From Peptostreptococcaceae bacterium (lineage in GTDB: Bacteria; Bacillota; Clostridia; Peptostreptococcales; BM714), in contig JAENWJ010000002.1 in NCBI GenBank assembly GCA_016649995.1, positions 4,014 through 68,013 on the forward strand: a stretch of 64,000 nt of DNA, given 5' to 3'. The notes beneath the pieces were generated by a model that was not told the origin of the DNA, did no database searches, and saw nothing but the letters and a program-made list of their open reading frames with translations. Positions 19,398 to 29,270 of the stretch are shown one piece after another. Both the position numbers and the translations under genes were made by a program. Numbering within the stretch: position 1 is the first letter of the stretch; every line of letters begins with the position of its first letter.

Positions 19398-19760
19398 CTA
19401 GAATTCCTGAACTCTTACTTCTTCAATGTTTACATTAACCTTTTTCACATTTAAACCGGTAAATTTCTCTACGGAATATTTCACTTTTTCAATTATGTTT
19501 TCTGCTACGACAGAAATCTTTGTTCCGAATTGGACTATTACAAATAAATCTATAAAAATGTTGTTATTTTCATCGATATTTATTTTTACACCTTGATTCA
19601 GATTTTCTTTCTTTAATAGTTTAACAATGCCGTCGGTTGCAGATTTCGAGGCCATCCCGACTAACCCGTAGCATTCCATGGCAGATATGCCGATAATATT
19701 TGTAATAACATCATTGCAGATGAAAATGCTGCCGTATTCGTTTTTCAATTGAGCAGTCAT
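19398..19760 (-). CDS. Asp23/Gls24 family envelope stress protein (YloU-like)
   Basis: 120 aa with typical Asp23 family length and pattern (IAxxAxxxxxGV...V.V.V). Sits directly upstream of the DAK2 gene. Confidence 0.75.
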   Translation of the reverse strand: MTAQLKNEYGSIFICNDVITNIIGISAMECYGLVGMASKSATDGIVKLLKKENLNQGVKINIDENNNIFIDLFVIVQFGTKISVVAENIIEKVKYSVEKFTGLNVKKVNVNIEEVRVQEF

Positions 19761-19880
19761 GTTTATCCTCCTTTTTTACTTGCACCATATTAAAAACTCT
19801 TATATAATAATACAGTATCAAGATTGGATTATCAATCTTTTGTATTTAATCATATTTAATTTTTGATTTCAGCATATCCA

Positions 19881-19909
19881 TTGAAATCGAAAATGATTTT
19901 TGATAGAAT
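19881..19909 (+). promoter_or_regulatory. putative sigma-A promoter for rpmB
   Basis: TTGAAA (19881..19886), a 17 nt spacer, then TAGAAT (19904..19909). It lies about 45 nt upstream of the rpmB ATG. Confidence 0.5.
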
Positions 19910-19952
19910 GGATATGTTGTTATCTAAAAATCATTAAAGGAGGTCAATATAA

Positions 19953-20144
19953 ATGTCCAGAAAATGTGATATATGTGGTAAAGGTCAAATTACCGGACAT
20001 GCGGTAAGCCACTCAAATAAACATAATAAAAGAGCGTGGGCGCCCAATACTAAGCAAGTTAAAGCAATTGTAAACGGTTCTCCCAAGAAAATTTCCGTAT
20101 GTACAAGATGTTTAAGATCAGGCAAAGTTGAACGAGCAATATAA
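19953..20144 (+). CDS. rpmB: 50S ribosomal protein L28
   Basis: 63 aa: MSRKCDICGKGQITGHAVSHSNKHNKRAW.PN. SD AAGGAGG precedes it. Confidence 0.92.
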   Translation: MSRKCDICGKGQITGHAVSHSNKHNKRAWAPNTKQVKAIVNGSPKKISVCTRCLRSGKVERAI

Positions 20145-20172
20145 AAAAACTACCATATGGTAGTTTTTTTTT
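20145..20172 (+). terminator. rpmB terminator
   Basis: AAAAACTACC-atat-GGTAGTTTTT hairpin running into a T run of about 10, immediately after the stop codon. Confidence 0.6.
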
Positions 20173-20188
20173 GCAACAATAATGTTTA

Positions 20189-20226
20189 AAAGCGGTTTGG
20201 TATTTTTATCCAAACCGCTTTTCTTT
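20189..20226. terminator. second hairpin between convergent rpmB and rny, likely the rny terminator
   Basis: AAGCGGTTTGG-tatttttat-CCAAACCGCTT (11 bp stem) flanked by AAA on the left and TTTCTTTC on the right. Confidence 0.65.
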
Positions 20227-20292
20227 CAGTTAAATAACAAAACCAAATTAACCGCTATAGAACCAATTAATGAAATAAATAATCAAAATTCT

Positions 20293-21843
20293 TTATTTTG
20301 CATAATCGACTGTTCGTGTCTCTCTAATCAGATTTACTTTAATCTGACCAGGATACTCTAAATCGTTCTCTACATTTTTTGAAATCTCTCTGGCAAGTAA
20401 AATCATTTCAGTATCTGAAATCTTTTCAGGTTTTACCATGATTCTTATTTCTCTACCTGCTTGAATGGCAAAAGCCTTATCGACTTGATCGTATGATTTC
20501 GCTATTTCTTCAAGCTTCTCCAATCTCTTAACATATGTTTCAAGGGTTTCTCTTCTTGCACCCGGTCTTGCTGCGGAAACTGCATCGGCAGCTGTTACCA
20601 ATATTGCTTCAACAGTCTGCGGCTCATAATCGCCATGATGTGTAGACATGGCATGTATAACTTCCTTTGACTCACCATATTTCTTGAGAACATCCATGCC
20701 GATTTCAACATGAGTACCTTCCATATCGTGATCAAGAGCTTTTCCGATATCATGAAGCAATCCTGCTCTTTTTGCAAGTTTAACATCTACTTCCAACTCT
20801 GCGGCCATTAGGCCTGCCAAAGATGATACTTCGATTGAGTGTTGCAGAACATTCTGCCCGTAACTTGTTCTGTATTTCAACCTTCCCAGCAATTTGATCA
20901 ATCCAGGATGAAGGTTGTGTATTCCAGCATCGAAAGTCGCCGATTCTCCTTCTTCCTTAATTTTTTCATCAATTTCTTCAGTAGCCTTGTTTACCATTTC
21001 CTCAATTCTTGCAGGATGAATTCTTCCATCCACTATGAGTTTCTCAAGCGCAATACGGGCAATCTCTCTTTTTATAGGATCAAAAGCCGACAATATAACC
21101 GCTTCAGGCGTATCATCTATAATCAAATCGACACCAGTCAAGGTTTCCAAAGTCCTTATATTTCTGCCTTCCCTGCCTATGATTCGACCCTTCATTTCAT
21201 CATTCGGAAGATTTACAACAGAAACCGTGCTTTCAGCAACATAGTCAGCAGCATATTTTTGTATAGAATAAGCCAAGATTTCTTTTGCTTTTTTACCCGC
21301 TTCTTCTTTTGCATTTGATACAATATCTTTTATCATTATTGCCGATTCATACCGTACTTCCTTTTCTATATCCTTCAGCAACATTTCCTTTGCCTCTTCG
21401 GCCGTGAATCCAGACACCCTTTCAAGCTCCTCAATCTGTTTCTTGAAAAGTTCGTCTACCTCACCATTCTTGATTTCTATTTCGTTCAATTTCTTGATGA
21501 TGTTATTTTCTTTTTCTTCGAGAACTTCGGTCTTTGTATATAAAGATTCTTCTCTCTTGTTGAGTCTGTTTTCTGTTTTTTGAGATTCAATTCTTCTTTC
21601 TCTAATTTCCTTGTTCATATCTTTTCGTAATCGGTGAATTTCTTCTTTTGCATCTATTAAAGCTTCTTTTCTAGCAGTCGTCGCCTGTTTATTGGCCTCA
21701 GAAAGAATTTTTCTCGCTTTTTCTTCAGCACTTTGAATTTTTTCGTCAGCAATCTTTTTTCTGTATAAATATCCCAATGCAAATGAAAAGGGGAAAAGAA
21801 CTACAGCAACAACAATTAAATAATATATTTTTATAATATACAT
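20293..21843 (-). CDS. rny: ribonuclease Y
   Basis: An N-terminal TM helix, coiled coil, KH domain ([12 protein letters not shown]) and HD domain (LLHDIGKA). I place the start at the ATG at 21843, which has GGGAGG 5 nt upstream and gives 516 aa. The TTG at 21900 in the track has no SD, and that extension would run through a terminator hairpin. Confidence 0.88.
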   Translation of the reverse strand: MYIIKIYYLIVVAVVLFPFSFALGYLYRKKIADEKIQSAEEKARKILSEANKQATTARKEALIDAKEEIHRLRKDMNKEIRERRIESQKTENRLNKREESLYTKTEVLEEKENNIIKKLNEIEIKNGEVDELFKKQIEELERVSGFTAEEAKEMLLKDIEKEVRYESAIMIKDIVSNAKEEAGKKAKEILAYSIQKYAADYVAESTVSVVNLPNDEMKGRIIGREGRNIRTLETLTGVDLIIDDTPEAVILSAFDPIKREIARIALEKLIVDGRIHPARIEEMVNKATEEIDEKIKEEGESATFDAGIHNLHPGLIKLLGRLKYRTSYGQNVLQHSIEVSSLAGLMAAELEVDVKLAKRAGLLHDIGKALDHDMEGTHVEIGMDVLKKYGESKEVIHAMSTHHGDYEPQTVEAILVTAADAVSAARPGARRETLETYVKRLEKLEEIAKSYDQVDKAFAIQAGREIRIMVKPEKISDTEMILLAREISKNVENDLEYPGQIKVNLIRETRTVDYAK

Positions 21844-21861
21844 ACACCTCCCATTATTATA

Positions 21862-21891
21862 ATCAAAAATAAAAACCGAGATAACTCGGTT
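21862..21891 (-). terminator. intrinsic terminator-like hairpin in the rny leader, downstream of recX
   Basis: Minus strand reads AACCGAG-ttat-CTCGGTT followed by TTTATTTTTG. It lies about 20 nt upstream of the rny SD. Confidence 0.55.
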
Positions 21892-21945
21892 AAAACCCAA
21901 TTCGCGAGAATCTAAAACGGGCAGTTTAATAGAATCCTCTTTGTA

Positions 21946-21974
21946 ATTTTAAAACTTTTCCAATTTAATGTCAA
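21946..21974 (-). promoter_or_regulatory. putative sigma-A promoter upstream of the rny leader
   Basis: Minus strand reads TTGACA (21974..21969), a 17 nt spacer, then TAAAAT (21951..21946). It begins 2 nt after the recX stop codon. Confidence 0.45.
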
Positions 21975-21976
21975 GC

Positions 21977-22591
21977 TTATTGGCCAATGCTCGCAAAATG
22001 ATATTCCAACGATTTACTTATGGCATCTGCAGAAAATCCCTTCCTGTAAAGGTATTGCTTGGCCTTTATGGAATCAATGCTTACAGCGCCTGTACCATAT
22101 CTCTTTTTAAGCAGCGCAAATGCTCTGTAGCCTTCTTTTTCACGCACCTTCATCTCTATCATTGTTGCTTCTACCAACGCTGCATCAAGACCTTTTTTTA
22201 TTGATTTCATTTTTATTACATATGTAGACTGGCTTTTGCCAATCAGCTCATCTATATAGTCGTGAGCATACATTTTATCGTCAATCATACCAAAATCGAC
22301 CATCTTCAATAATGTGACACCGACAACATCCTCGGGTACACGAATTTTTATTAAATGATTCTCAACCTCTTTTTCTGTTCTTCTCTTGAATCCTATGTAT
22401 TTTAATGCACGATCAAGTGAATATGCCTCCGTAAATTCTTTTAATTCTTTTTCTTTTTCTTCATTGATTGCGCAATCACTCTCCACGCCATTTTCCCTAA
22501 TCCATGCAATATCGCATAAATATGTTGTATCCTCATCCGTAGTCAATCTGCGGACTCTTTTGTTTATTTCCTCAACTCCTATAACATTCAT
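21977..22591 (-). CDS. recX: recombination regulator RecX
   Basis: Helical-repeat protein directly downstream of recA. I prefer the ATG at 22591, which has GGGGCGGAG upstream and gives 204 aa. The track start at 22669 lacks an SD, and that extension would translate through the recA terminator hairpin. Confidence 0.75.
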   Translation of the reverse strand: MNVIGVEEINKRVRRLTTDEDTTYLCDIAWIRENGVESDCAINEEKEKELKEFTEAYSLDRALKYIGFKRRTEKEVENHLIKIRVPEDVVGVTLLKMVDFGMIDDKMYAHDYIDELIGKSQSTYVIKMKSIKKGLDAALVEATMIEMKVREKEGYRAFALLKKRYGTGAVSIDSIKAKQYLYRKGFSADAISKSLEYHFASIGQ

Positions 22592-22609
22592 GCACTCCGC
22601 CCCTTTCTC

Positions 22610-22655
22610 AAAAAAGGTCGAAACCTCACGCAAAAAACATGCGGATGTTTCGACC
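22610..22655 (-). terminator. recA terminator/attenuator hairpin between recA and recX
   Basis: Minus strand reads GGTCGAAAC, a 22 nt loop, GTTTCGACC (9 bp stem), then TTTTTT. It is followed by the recX SD. Confidence 0.55.
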
Positions 22656-22681
22656 TTTGCAATTTCCATATTCTTTACTAT

Positions 22682-23743
22682 TTATTCTTTTTTGCTTTTA
22701 TTTTGCCCTTCATCCGTTTTCGGTTCCTTTGTAAGCCCGTAATAATCCCTTACTTTTTTCTCTATTTCTAAAAATTTTTCTGGATTCTCTATCATATACA
22801 GTTTTGAGTTTTCCCTTCCCTGTCCTATTCTTTCATCTCCATAGCTGTACCATGATCCCGATTTCTTTATTAGCTCCGCATTGACTCCGCAATCCAGAAC
22901 ACTTCCATGCCGGGATACTCCAAGTCCATACATAATATCAAATTCCGCTATTTTAAAAGGCGAAGCCACTTTATTCTTCGCTATTTTTATTTTTGTACGG
23001 TTTCCTACGATCTGATCGCCCTGCTTTATACTTCCTATCCTTCTTATATCAATCCTCACCGATGCGTAAAATTTAAGAGCCCTTCCTCCTGTCGTAGTTT
23101 CAGGATTCCCGAACATTACTCCTATTTTTTCCCTTAGCTGATTAATGAACACAACCGATGTCCTCGACCTGCTTATTATTGCAGTCAGTTTTCTCATTGC
23201 CTGAGACATAAGCCTAGCCTGCAGACCCATGTGGCTATCTCCCATTTCGCCTGTCAGCTCTGCTTTTGGAACAAGCGCAGCAACAGAGTCAATAACTATT
23301 ATATCAATTGCACCGCTTCGTACCAGAGCCTCCACTATATCAAGCGCCTGTTCTCCTGTATCCGGCTGAGAAAGAATCAGATTGTCAATGTCAACTCCCA
23401 AATGCCCGGCATAAACAGGATCCAATGCATGCTCTACATCTATGAAGGCCGCATTGCCGCCATTCTTTTGGGATTCCGCTATCATATGAAGCGATACCGT
23501 TGTCTTTCCGGAAGATTCCGGTCCGTATACCTCGATTATTCGACCCTTTGGAATTCCTCCGATGCCCAAGGCAATGTCCAGCTCCAAGATTCCAGTCGGA
23601 ATTGATTCAACATTGGCTCTGGCTCCATCGTCTCCAAGCCGCATAATTGAACCCTTGCCGAATTGTTTTTCTATTTGTATCAATACTGCATCAAGCGCCT
23701 TCTTCTTTTCGTCCATATTGTTCCAGTGCGAAACTGGATTCAC
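22682..23743 (-). CDS. recA: recombinase RecA
   Basis: Walker [10 protein letters not shown] and full-length RecA pattern ([22 protein letters not shown]...). The track start is a GTG next to AAGGTGG. An ATG at 23716 (MDEKKKAL...) is an alternative start. Confidence 0.93.
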   Translation of the reverse strand: MNPVSHWNNMDEKKKALDAVLIQIEKQFGKGSIMRLGDDGARANVESIPTGILELDIALGIGGIPKGRIIEVYGPESSGKTTVSLHMIAESQKNGGNAAFIDVEHALDPVYAGHLGVDIDNLILSQPDTGEQALDIVEALVRSGAIDIIVIDSVAALVPKAELTGEMGDSHMGLQARLMSQAMRKLTAIISRSRTSVVFINQLREKIGVMFGNPETTTGGRALKFYASVRIDIRRIGSIKQGDQIVGNRTKIKIAKNKVASPFKIAEFDIMYGLGVSRHGSVLDCGVNAELIKKSGSWYSYGDERIGQGRENSKLYMIENPEKFLEIEKKVRDYYGLTKEPKTDEGQNKSKKE

Positions 23744-23756
23744 CCACCTTTCATAT

Positions 23757-23769
23757 CGAACGTTTGTTC
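23757..23769. promoter_or_regulatory. LexA/DinR SOS operator (Cheo box) in the recA promoter
   Basis: CGAACGTTTGTTC matches the Gram-positive consensus CGAAC-N4-GTTCG core (GAAC-N4-GTTC is exact). It lies 9 nt downstream of the -10 hexamer. Confidence 0.7.
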
Positions 23770-23778
23770 TTTTTTTTG

Positions 23779-23807
23779 ATTATATCCCATATATTCCTAT
23801 TAATCAA
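23779..23807 (-). promoter_or_regulatory. recA sigma-A promoter
   Basis: Minus strand reads TTGATT (23807..23802), a 17 nt spacer, then TATAAT (23784..23779). Confidence 0.6.
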
Positions 23808-25053
23808 CCTTTTTTAAAATTTGGTATAATTTTTTCATTATGTTTCTGACAGTGTAGGCCCTTATCCTTTGTCTATCTCCACGAACATTGTAGGTTTCAA
23901 TCTCTAGTTTCCCATTTACAAGAAAAGCCGCATGGACAAGACCTACGGGTTTTTCATCTGTTCCGCCTTCAGGTCCGGCGACACCGGTTACAGATATGCA
24001 TACATCGCTTTTTCCTTCTTCATAAAGGCCCCTTGCCATGGCTTCGGCAGTTTGGATGCTCACTGCTCCGAATTCATTCAATATTTTTTTGCCTACGCGA
24101 ACCCGTTTTTCCTTTGAACTGTTGTTATAGGTTATAAATCCCTCTTCAAAAACATCTGAAGCTCCCGGCACATCTACAAAATTCGATGCGAGCAATCCTC
24201 CCGTGCAAGATTCCACAGTAGAAATCTTCCAGTTTTTTTCTTTCAAGAGGTCTATTACCATTTCATTCCATTCTCTGTCTTCTTCCGAATAAATATATTG
24301 GCCCAAACGCCTTTTTATCTCTCTTATCGTCGGTTCCAGCGCTTTTTCCGCCGACTCTCTGTTTCTTTGTTTGGTAGCAACCCTTATTGCTACATCACCC
24401 GGCTTCGCATATGTTGCAATCGTCGGGTCTTCCTGTGATTCAATCAAATCCATCAATTCGGTCTCTACCTTTGACTCTCCTATACCGGAAAGCCTAAGCA
24501 CTCTCGAATGGATACATACATCCGACTTTTTTGAAAAATAATCGTTGAGATGAGCATTGAACATTGCTTTCATTTCAAATGGAGGACCCGGTAAACATAT
24601 TACAGCCTTTTTCCCTTCGTCCGTTTCCAAAATAAATCCCGGAGCCGAGCCCATGTCATTCTTAAGGATTCTGCTTCCCTCCGGAAAAAATGTCTGCCTA
24701 TAATTGTTTTCTGTTATTTGATCAATGGATCTTCCGTATCGTTTCATTATATTTTCCATCTGCTTTACTGCTTCAGGGTTTTGCTTAAGCTCCCTTTTGA
24801 AAACAGACGATACAGCTTCTTTCGTCATGTCGTCCTTTGTAGGTCCAAGCCCTCCGGTCATTATAATTACATCAACCTTTTCCGAAAGAATGCCCAGTAC
24901 GCTTTGCAATCTTTTATGATTGTCCCCAACGACAATTTGATAATATACGTTGATTCCAAATTTCTTCATCTGCTCCGACAAGTATGCCGCATTTGTATTT
25001 ACTATTTCTCCCATCAACAATTCAGTTCCCACATTTAAAATCGCTGCATCCAT
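23800..25053 (-). CDS. cinA: competence/damage-inducible protein CinA (MoCF-binding domain plus NMN amidohydrolase PncC domain)
   Basis: 417 aa with N-terminus AILNVGTELLMGEIVNTN and C-terminal CinA domain (TVESCTGGLLA). The pgsA-cinA-recA synteny matches B. subtilis. Confidence 0.88.
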   Translation of the reverse strand: MDAAILNVGTELLMGEIVNTNAAYLSEQMKKFGINVYYQIVVGDNHKRLQSVLGILSEKVDVIIMTGGLGPTKDDMTKEAVSSVFKRELKQNPEAVKQMENIMKRYGRSIDQITENNYRQTFFPEGSRILKNDMGSAPGFILETDEGKKAVICLPGPPFEMKAMFNAHLNDYFSKKSDVCIHSRVLRLSGIGESKVETELMDLIESQEDPTIATYAKPGDVAIRVATKQRNRESAEKALEPTIREIKRRLGQYIYSEEDREWNEMVIDLLKEKNWKISTVESCTGGLLASNFVDVPGASDVFEEGFITYNNSSKEKRVRVGKKILNEFGAVSIQTAEAMARGLYEEGKSDVCISVTGVAGPEGGTDEKPVGLVHAAFLVNGKLEIETYNVRGDRQRIRAYTVRNIMKKLYQILKKVD

Positions 25054-25067
25054 GAGGCTCCCCTTTT

Positions 25068-25580
25068 TTAAGATATGACTTTTCTATTTTTGACAATGTA
25101 GTCCACCGCAGACATAATTGTAAATCCTACAGATATCCAAAGCGCAACATCGGCAACCGCATTATTGGTTAACGTTAATAATATTATTGCAACTATTTGT
25201 GTATTTGTCTTGATTTTGCCCCAAATGCTGGCTGCTATGACCGATCCCTTTGATGCTGCCAGTGATCTGAAAGACGTTATCAAAAACTCTCTCGCCAGAA
25301 TGATTACTACCGGCCATACGGTGATTCTCCCAAGCTGTACCATGCCTATAAGCGCAGATGCTACGAGTATCTTGTCCGCCATAGGATCCATCAGCTTTCC
25401 GAAATCTGACACCAAGTCATATTTCCTAGCCAAATACCCATCAAGAAAATCTGTCACCGAAGCTATTGCGAAAATCAATGCCGCAATTAATCTTGAGTTT
25501 TCTATTCCTGACAAAAGCACCCATATGAATATCGGCACCATCAAAATCCTTGTCAAAGTTATCTTATTCGGCAGATTCAT
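25068..25580 (-). CDS. pgsA: CDP-diacylglycerol--glycerol-3-phosphate 3-phosphatidyltransferase
   Basis: CDP-alcohol phosphatidyltransferase motif DFLDGYLARK...DPMADK with four or more TM helices. The start is probably [11 protein letters not shown] at 25580; the track gives 25586. Confidence 0.88.
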   Translation of the reverse strand: MNLPNKITLTRILMVPIFIWVLLSGIENSRLIAALIFAIASVTDFLDGYLARKYDLVSDFGKLMDPMADKILVASALIGMVQLGRITVWPVVIILAREFLITSFRSLAASKGSVIAASIWGKIKTNTQIVAIILLTLTNNAVADVALWISVGFTIMSAVDYIVKNRKVIS

Positions 25581-26964
25581 CGTCAATCACCCCAATCAAA
25601 TCATATTCCAGCGCATCGATTATCCTCACATTCACAAAGTCTCCTGCAGCAAGATCTCTATCTGTATTGACATAGACCAATCCATCTACTTCCGGAGCGT
25701 CATACTGTGTTCTTCCTAAGTAAACAGCTTCATTTTCGACTTTTTCATCTATCATTGTTCTGAAGGTTTTCCCTATCTTTTTTTGATTTGCCTCACTTGA
25801 AATATCGCATTGAAGCATCATTATTCGGGCATTCCTATCTGCCTTTGTCTGCGAATCTATTTGAAAATCCAAGCTTGCGGCAGGCGTTCCTTCTTCCGGC
25901 GAATACTCAAATACACCCAACTTGTCGAATTTGTTTTTTTCAACGAATCCAATCAGTTTTTCAAATGCATCCGTGCTCTCTCCCGGAAAGCCTACCATGA
26001 TGGTCGTCCTAATTGACATGTCAGGAACAGACTTCCTAATCATTGCCAGAACCCTTTCTATATCGCTTTCCGAGGTATGGCGGTTCATTTTTCTTAGTAC
26101 GTCGTCATGGCAATGCTGAATCGGCATATCAAGATAATTACATATTTTATCATGTTTACCTATTGTATCGATAAGTTTCTCATCCAATACATCCGGATAA
26201 GCATACAATACTCTTATCCACTCTATGCCGCGCACTTCTACAAGCGCTTCAAGCAAATCAACCAGCTTGAACTCGCCGTATATGTCTATTCCATATTTAG
26301 TGGTATCCTGCGCAATCAGAATTATTTCCTTTACGCCCCTATCGGCCAAGTCTTGGGCTTCTGACAATATATCTTCGATTCGTCTGCTCTTGTATCTTCC
26401 CTTGAACGCCGGTATTGTGCAGTATGTGCACCTGTTGTCGCAACCTTCTGAAATCTTTACATATGCATAATGGCTCGGATTTAAAATTACCCTCTCTTTT
26501 TCGCAATATTCAACGTATCTGTCTATGTCCCCCACCCTCACAATTCTCTTTCCGTTTTTTTCGTGATCGGACAGAATTTCGGGCAATTCCAAGAATCTTG
26601 CAACTCCAACTATTATATCTATTTCAGGGATTTCTCTTTCAATTTCTTTTGCAAATCTTTCAGAAAGACATCCTGCTGCAATAAGCGTCTGACCGCTCGT
26701 TTTGATTGATCCATACTCCAATATCATGTTGATTGATTCTTCCATTGCATCGGCTATGAAACCGCATGTGTTAACTATTATATAATCGGCATCATTGAAA
26801 TCCTTCGTCATCTCGAATCCAACTTTTATCAATCTGCCCGCCATAAATTCCGAATCAACTTGGTTTTTCGAGCATCCAAGCGTTTCTATAAAAAATCTTT
26901 TATTTTTCTTTCCAAAACCTGCTTGATTTATATTACTCATAATTGTTTTCCAAATCTCCCTCAT
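25564..26964 (-). CDS. rimO: ribosomal protein S12 methylthiotransferase RimO (MiaB family)
   Basis: UPF0004 N-domain ([13 protein letters not shown]), radical-SAM CDNRCTYC and a C-terminal TRAM domain. The start is uncertain, either 26964 or the ATG at 26940. Confidence 0.85.
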   Translation of the reverse strand: MREIWKTIMSNINQAGFGKKNKRFFIETLGCSKNQVDSEFMAGRLIKVGFEMTKDFNDADYIIVNTCGFIADAMEESINMILEYGSIKTSGQTLIAAGCLSERFAKEIEREIPEIDIIVGVARFLELPEILSDHEKNGKRIVRVGDIDRYVEYCEKERVILNPSHYAYVKISEGCDNRCTYCTIPAFKGRYKSRRIEDILSEAQDLADRGVKEIILIAQDTTKYGIDIYGEFKLVDLLEALVEVRGIEWIRVLYAYPDVLDEKLIDTIGKHDKICNYLDMPIQHCHDDVLRKMNRHTSESDIERVLAMIRKSVPDMSIRTTIMVGFPGESTDAFEKLIGFVEKNKFDKLGVFEYSPEEGTPAASLDFQIDSQTKADRNARIMMLQCDISSEANQKKIGKTFRTMIDEKVENEAVYLGRTQYDAPEVDGLVYVNTDRDLAAGDFVNVRIIDALEYDLIGVIDDESAE

Positions 26965-29227
26965 TTATAAGTACGTTTCTTGGTTTTTTGCCGTCGCTTT
27001 TACTTACTATTCCTCTTTTTTCCATTTCATCTATCATTCGAGCCGCGCGGTTATATCCTATCCTGTATCTCCTTTGCAGCATAGATATGGATATTTGCTC
27101 CATTGCGGCAACCGTTTCAATAACCTCTGGCAATAGTTCATCCGTATCGTCAACATTGTCTTTTGCAAAAGTCTCGGTGGGTATCTCTTCATATTCAACC
27201 TCGCCGACTTGTGATTTTATGTAACCCAGCACTCTTTTGGTTTCGATTTCTGACACAAATACTCCTTGTATCCTTCTCGGTTTGGACTGTCCAACAGGAT
27301 AATGAAGCATGTCTCCCTTCCCCAGCAGTTTTTCCGCTCCCCCCATGTCCAGAATCGTTCGGGAATCAATCTGCGATGAAACCGCAAAGGCAATTCTCGA
27401 CGGTATATTTGCTTTGATTATTCCGGTTATTACATCCACAGACGGTCGCTGAGTTGCAACAATCAGATGAATTCCGGCAGCTCTCGCCATTTGCGCTATT
27501 CTACATATTGCATCCTCAACCTGGCTCGGCGCAACCATCATTAAATCCGAGAGTTCGTCGATTATCACAACTATTTGATACATGTTCTCGTTTTCCTGAC
27601 TTTTGTTGTAGCTTTTTATATCTCTGACATTGTTTTCAGCAAATATCTTGTATCTTTCATTCATCTCACGCACTATCCAGTTTAGAGCCGCCGCCGATTT
27701 CTGCGGATCTGTTACAACAGGCATGATGAGATGCGGAATGCCATTATATTGATTTAATTCGACAACCTTAGGGTCTATCATCAGAAATTTCACTTCATCC
27801 GGCCTTTTTGAAAACAACAAGCTTGTTATCAGCGCGTTTACGCATACGCTTTTGCCTGACCCCGTGGCTCCTGCAATCAACAAATGAGGCATTTCCGTAA
27901 GATCCGATACTATTGGATTTCCCGATATGTCTTTCCCTAGTGCAAAGTTCAATCCGCTTTTTTTCTCTTTAAAAACACTGCTTTCAATGATTTCACGAAG
28001 GCATACCAAGGAGTTCCCATCATTTGGAACCTCAATGCCAACAGCCGCCTTGCCGGGGATAGGCGCTTCAATCCGTATGTTCCTTGCCGCAAGATTCAGT
28101 GCTATGTCATCGGATAGCGAAACAATGCGGCTTACTTTGACCCCAGGTTTAGGTTGAATCTCGTATCTCGTGATTGTCGGCCCTCTGCTGACTTGAATTA
28201 CTTTCGCATCTACTCCAAAATCGTCAAGTATTTGCTCGAGTTTTTTGGCTTTCTTTAAAACTGATTTCTTGTCCATTCCTTTCCCAGCTTCAGGTGATGG
28301 GTCAAGCAACTCCAAGCCTGGCAATCTGTACTTCAAATAGCTTTCCTGAACGCCCGTTTTTGCTATTTCGCTATTGGTTTTTAGCAATTCATGGATTTCA
28401 TCATTTTGGACTTTTGTTTTTGACTCGCGTTGTATCTCGGACTTCTCCTCTTTTTTAGATTCTTTGCCCGAGTTTTTTCGTTCACTATACTCTTTTGCAT
28501 AATCTATTACCTTTATTGATGTTTGCTTTCCTGTTTCTTCCTCTTTTTCCTTTACTGCTTCCTTCTTGACGCTTTCTTTTTTCTTTCTACGCTCTTTAAA
28601 TTGTGATTCCTCTTTGGTAAATATTTTTAAAAACAACTTCATCAGCACTTCAAGAGCCCATTTCAATCCTCTTGCAGCCGCTTTTACTATTTCCATAATC
28701 GATTTATCAAATATGATTGCAGCGCCTATCAATACAAGTATCGCTATCAATAGCAGGCTTCCATATGTTCCAAGCAGCTTCACCGACATAGAATATATCA
28801 TCCGATTAACCACTCCCGGGGCCTCGCCTGATACTCCGCTGCCGTAGTAGCTTGCAATTTCTTTCGCGTCAAAGCTCTTTGGGATGCTGCCCATAATTCC
28901 ATGCAAAACTGACCCTGAAATAATAAAACACGCTAACGCAACAAAGCTTCTAAACGCGCGGTTCTTGTCAAGCATCTGCAAGGCTGCTGTCAAAATCAAG
29001 ACGAATGCCATATATGCGGCATTTCCGTTAAACAATCCTCCAAAAACATTCTTTAACCATTCACCTAAAATGCCTGCAGAATCCGTGTAAAGGCTCAGTA
29101 AAAGCATTATTCCAGCCGCAAGCATGGCAAATGGCAAAATCAAATGTTTTTTGGCATTCTTTTGTTTCGTACTAACCTTCTGTTTTTTTCTATTTTTAAC
29201 AGTATTCAAATTAATCACCTTTTTCAA
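26933..29227 (-). CDS. ftsK: DNA translocase FtsK/SpoIIIE
   Basis: 764 aa with N-terminal TM helices, a charged linker, a motor domain with Walker A GATGSGKS, and a C-terminal gamma (winged-helix) domain ([22 protein letters not shown]). TTG start; the exact start is uncertain. Confidence 0.9.
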   Translation of the reverse strand: MKKVINLNTVKNRKKQKVSTKQKNAKKHLILPFAMLAAGIMLLLSLYTDSAGILGEWLKNVFGGLFNGNAAYMAFVLILTAALQMLDKNRAFRSFVALACFIISGSVLHGIMGSIPKSFDAKEIASYYGSGVSGEAPGVVNRMIYSMSVKLLGTYGSLLLIAILVLIGAAIIFDKSIMEIVKAAARGLKWALEVLMKLFLKIFTKEESQFKERRKKKESVKKEAVKEKEEETGKQTSIKVIDYAKEYSERKNSGKESKKEEKSEIQRESKTKVQNDEIHELLKTNSEIAKTGVQESYLKYRLPGLELLDPSPEAGKGMDKKSVLKKAKKLEQILDDFGVDAKVIQVSRGPTITRYEIQPKPGVKVSRIVSLSDDIALNLAARNIRIEAPIPGKAAVGIEVPNDGNSLVCLREIIESSVFKEKKSGLNFALGKDISGNPIVSDLTEMPHLLIAGATGSGKSVCVNALITSLLFSKRPDEVKFLMIDPKVVELNQYNGIPHLIMPVVTDPQKSAAALNWIVREMNERYKIFAENNVRDIKSYNKSQENENMYQIVVIIDELSDLMMVAPSQVEDAICRIAQMARAAGIHLIVATQRPSVDVITGIIKANIPSRIAFAVSSQIDSRTILDMGGAEKLLGKGDMLHYPVGQSKPRRIQGVFVSEIETKRVLGYIKSQVGEVEYEEIPTETFAKDNVDDTDELLPEVIETVAAMEQISISMLQRRYRIGYNRAARMIDEMEKRGIVSKSDGKKPRNVLINEGDLENNYE

Positions 29228-29270
29228 AAAAATAAAGTGGCATTAACTATAAACGCCAGTATTTATTATA

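Noticed and set aside
19761-19952. 192-nt divergent intergenic region between asp23 and rpmB, examined for a riboswitch, ribosomal-protein leader or sRNA.
   Set aside because: It holds only two promoter-like matches and a weak 5-bp inverted repeat (GATTG...CAATC). No extended conserved-looking structure is visible by eye, so nothing can be claimed without covariation analysis.
21844-21900. N-terminal extension of RNase Y ([19 protein letters not shown]) from the ORF track.
   Set aside because: It uses a TTG without an SD and is encoded by a terminator hairpin and T-tract. The ATG at 21843 has a strong SD and gives the canonical TM-helix N-terminus.
29228-29270. Weak hairpin (TGGCGTT...AATGCCA) after dapF as a possible terminator.
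   Set aside because: It has only a 7-bp AU-rich stem with a G.U pair and a 7-nt loop. It is too weak to call, and ftsK may be co-transcribed with dapF.
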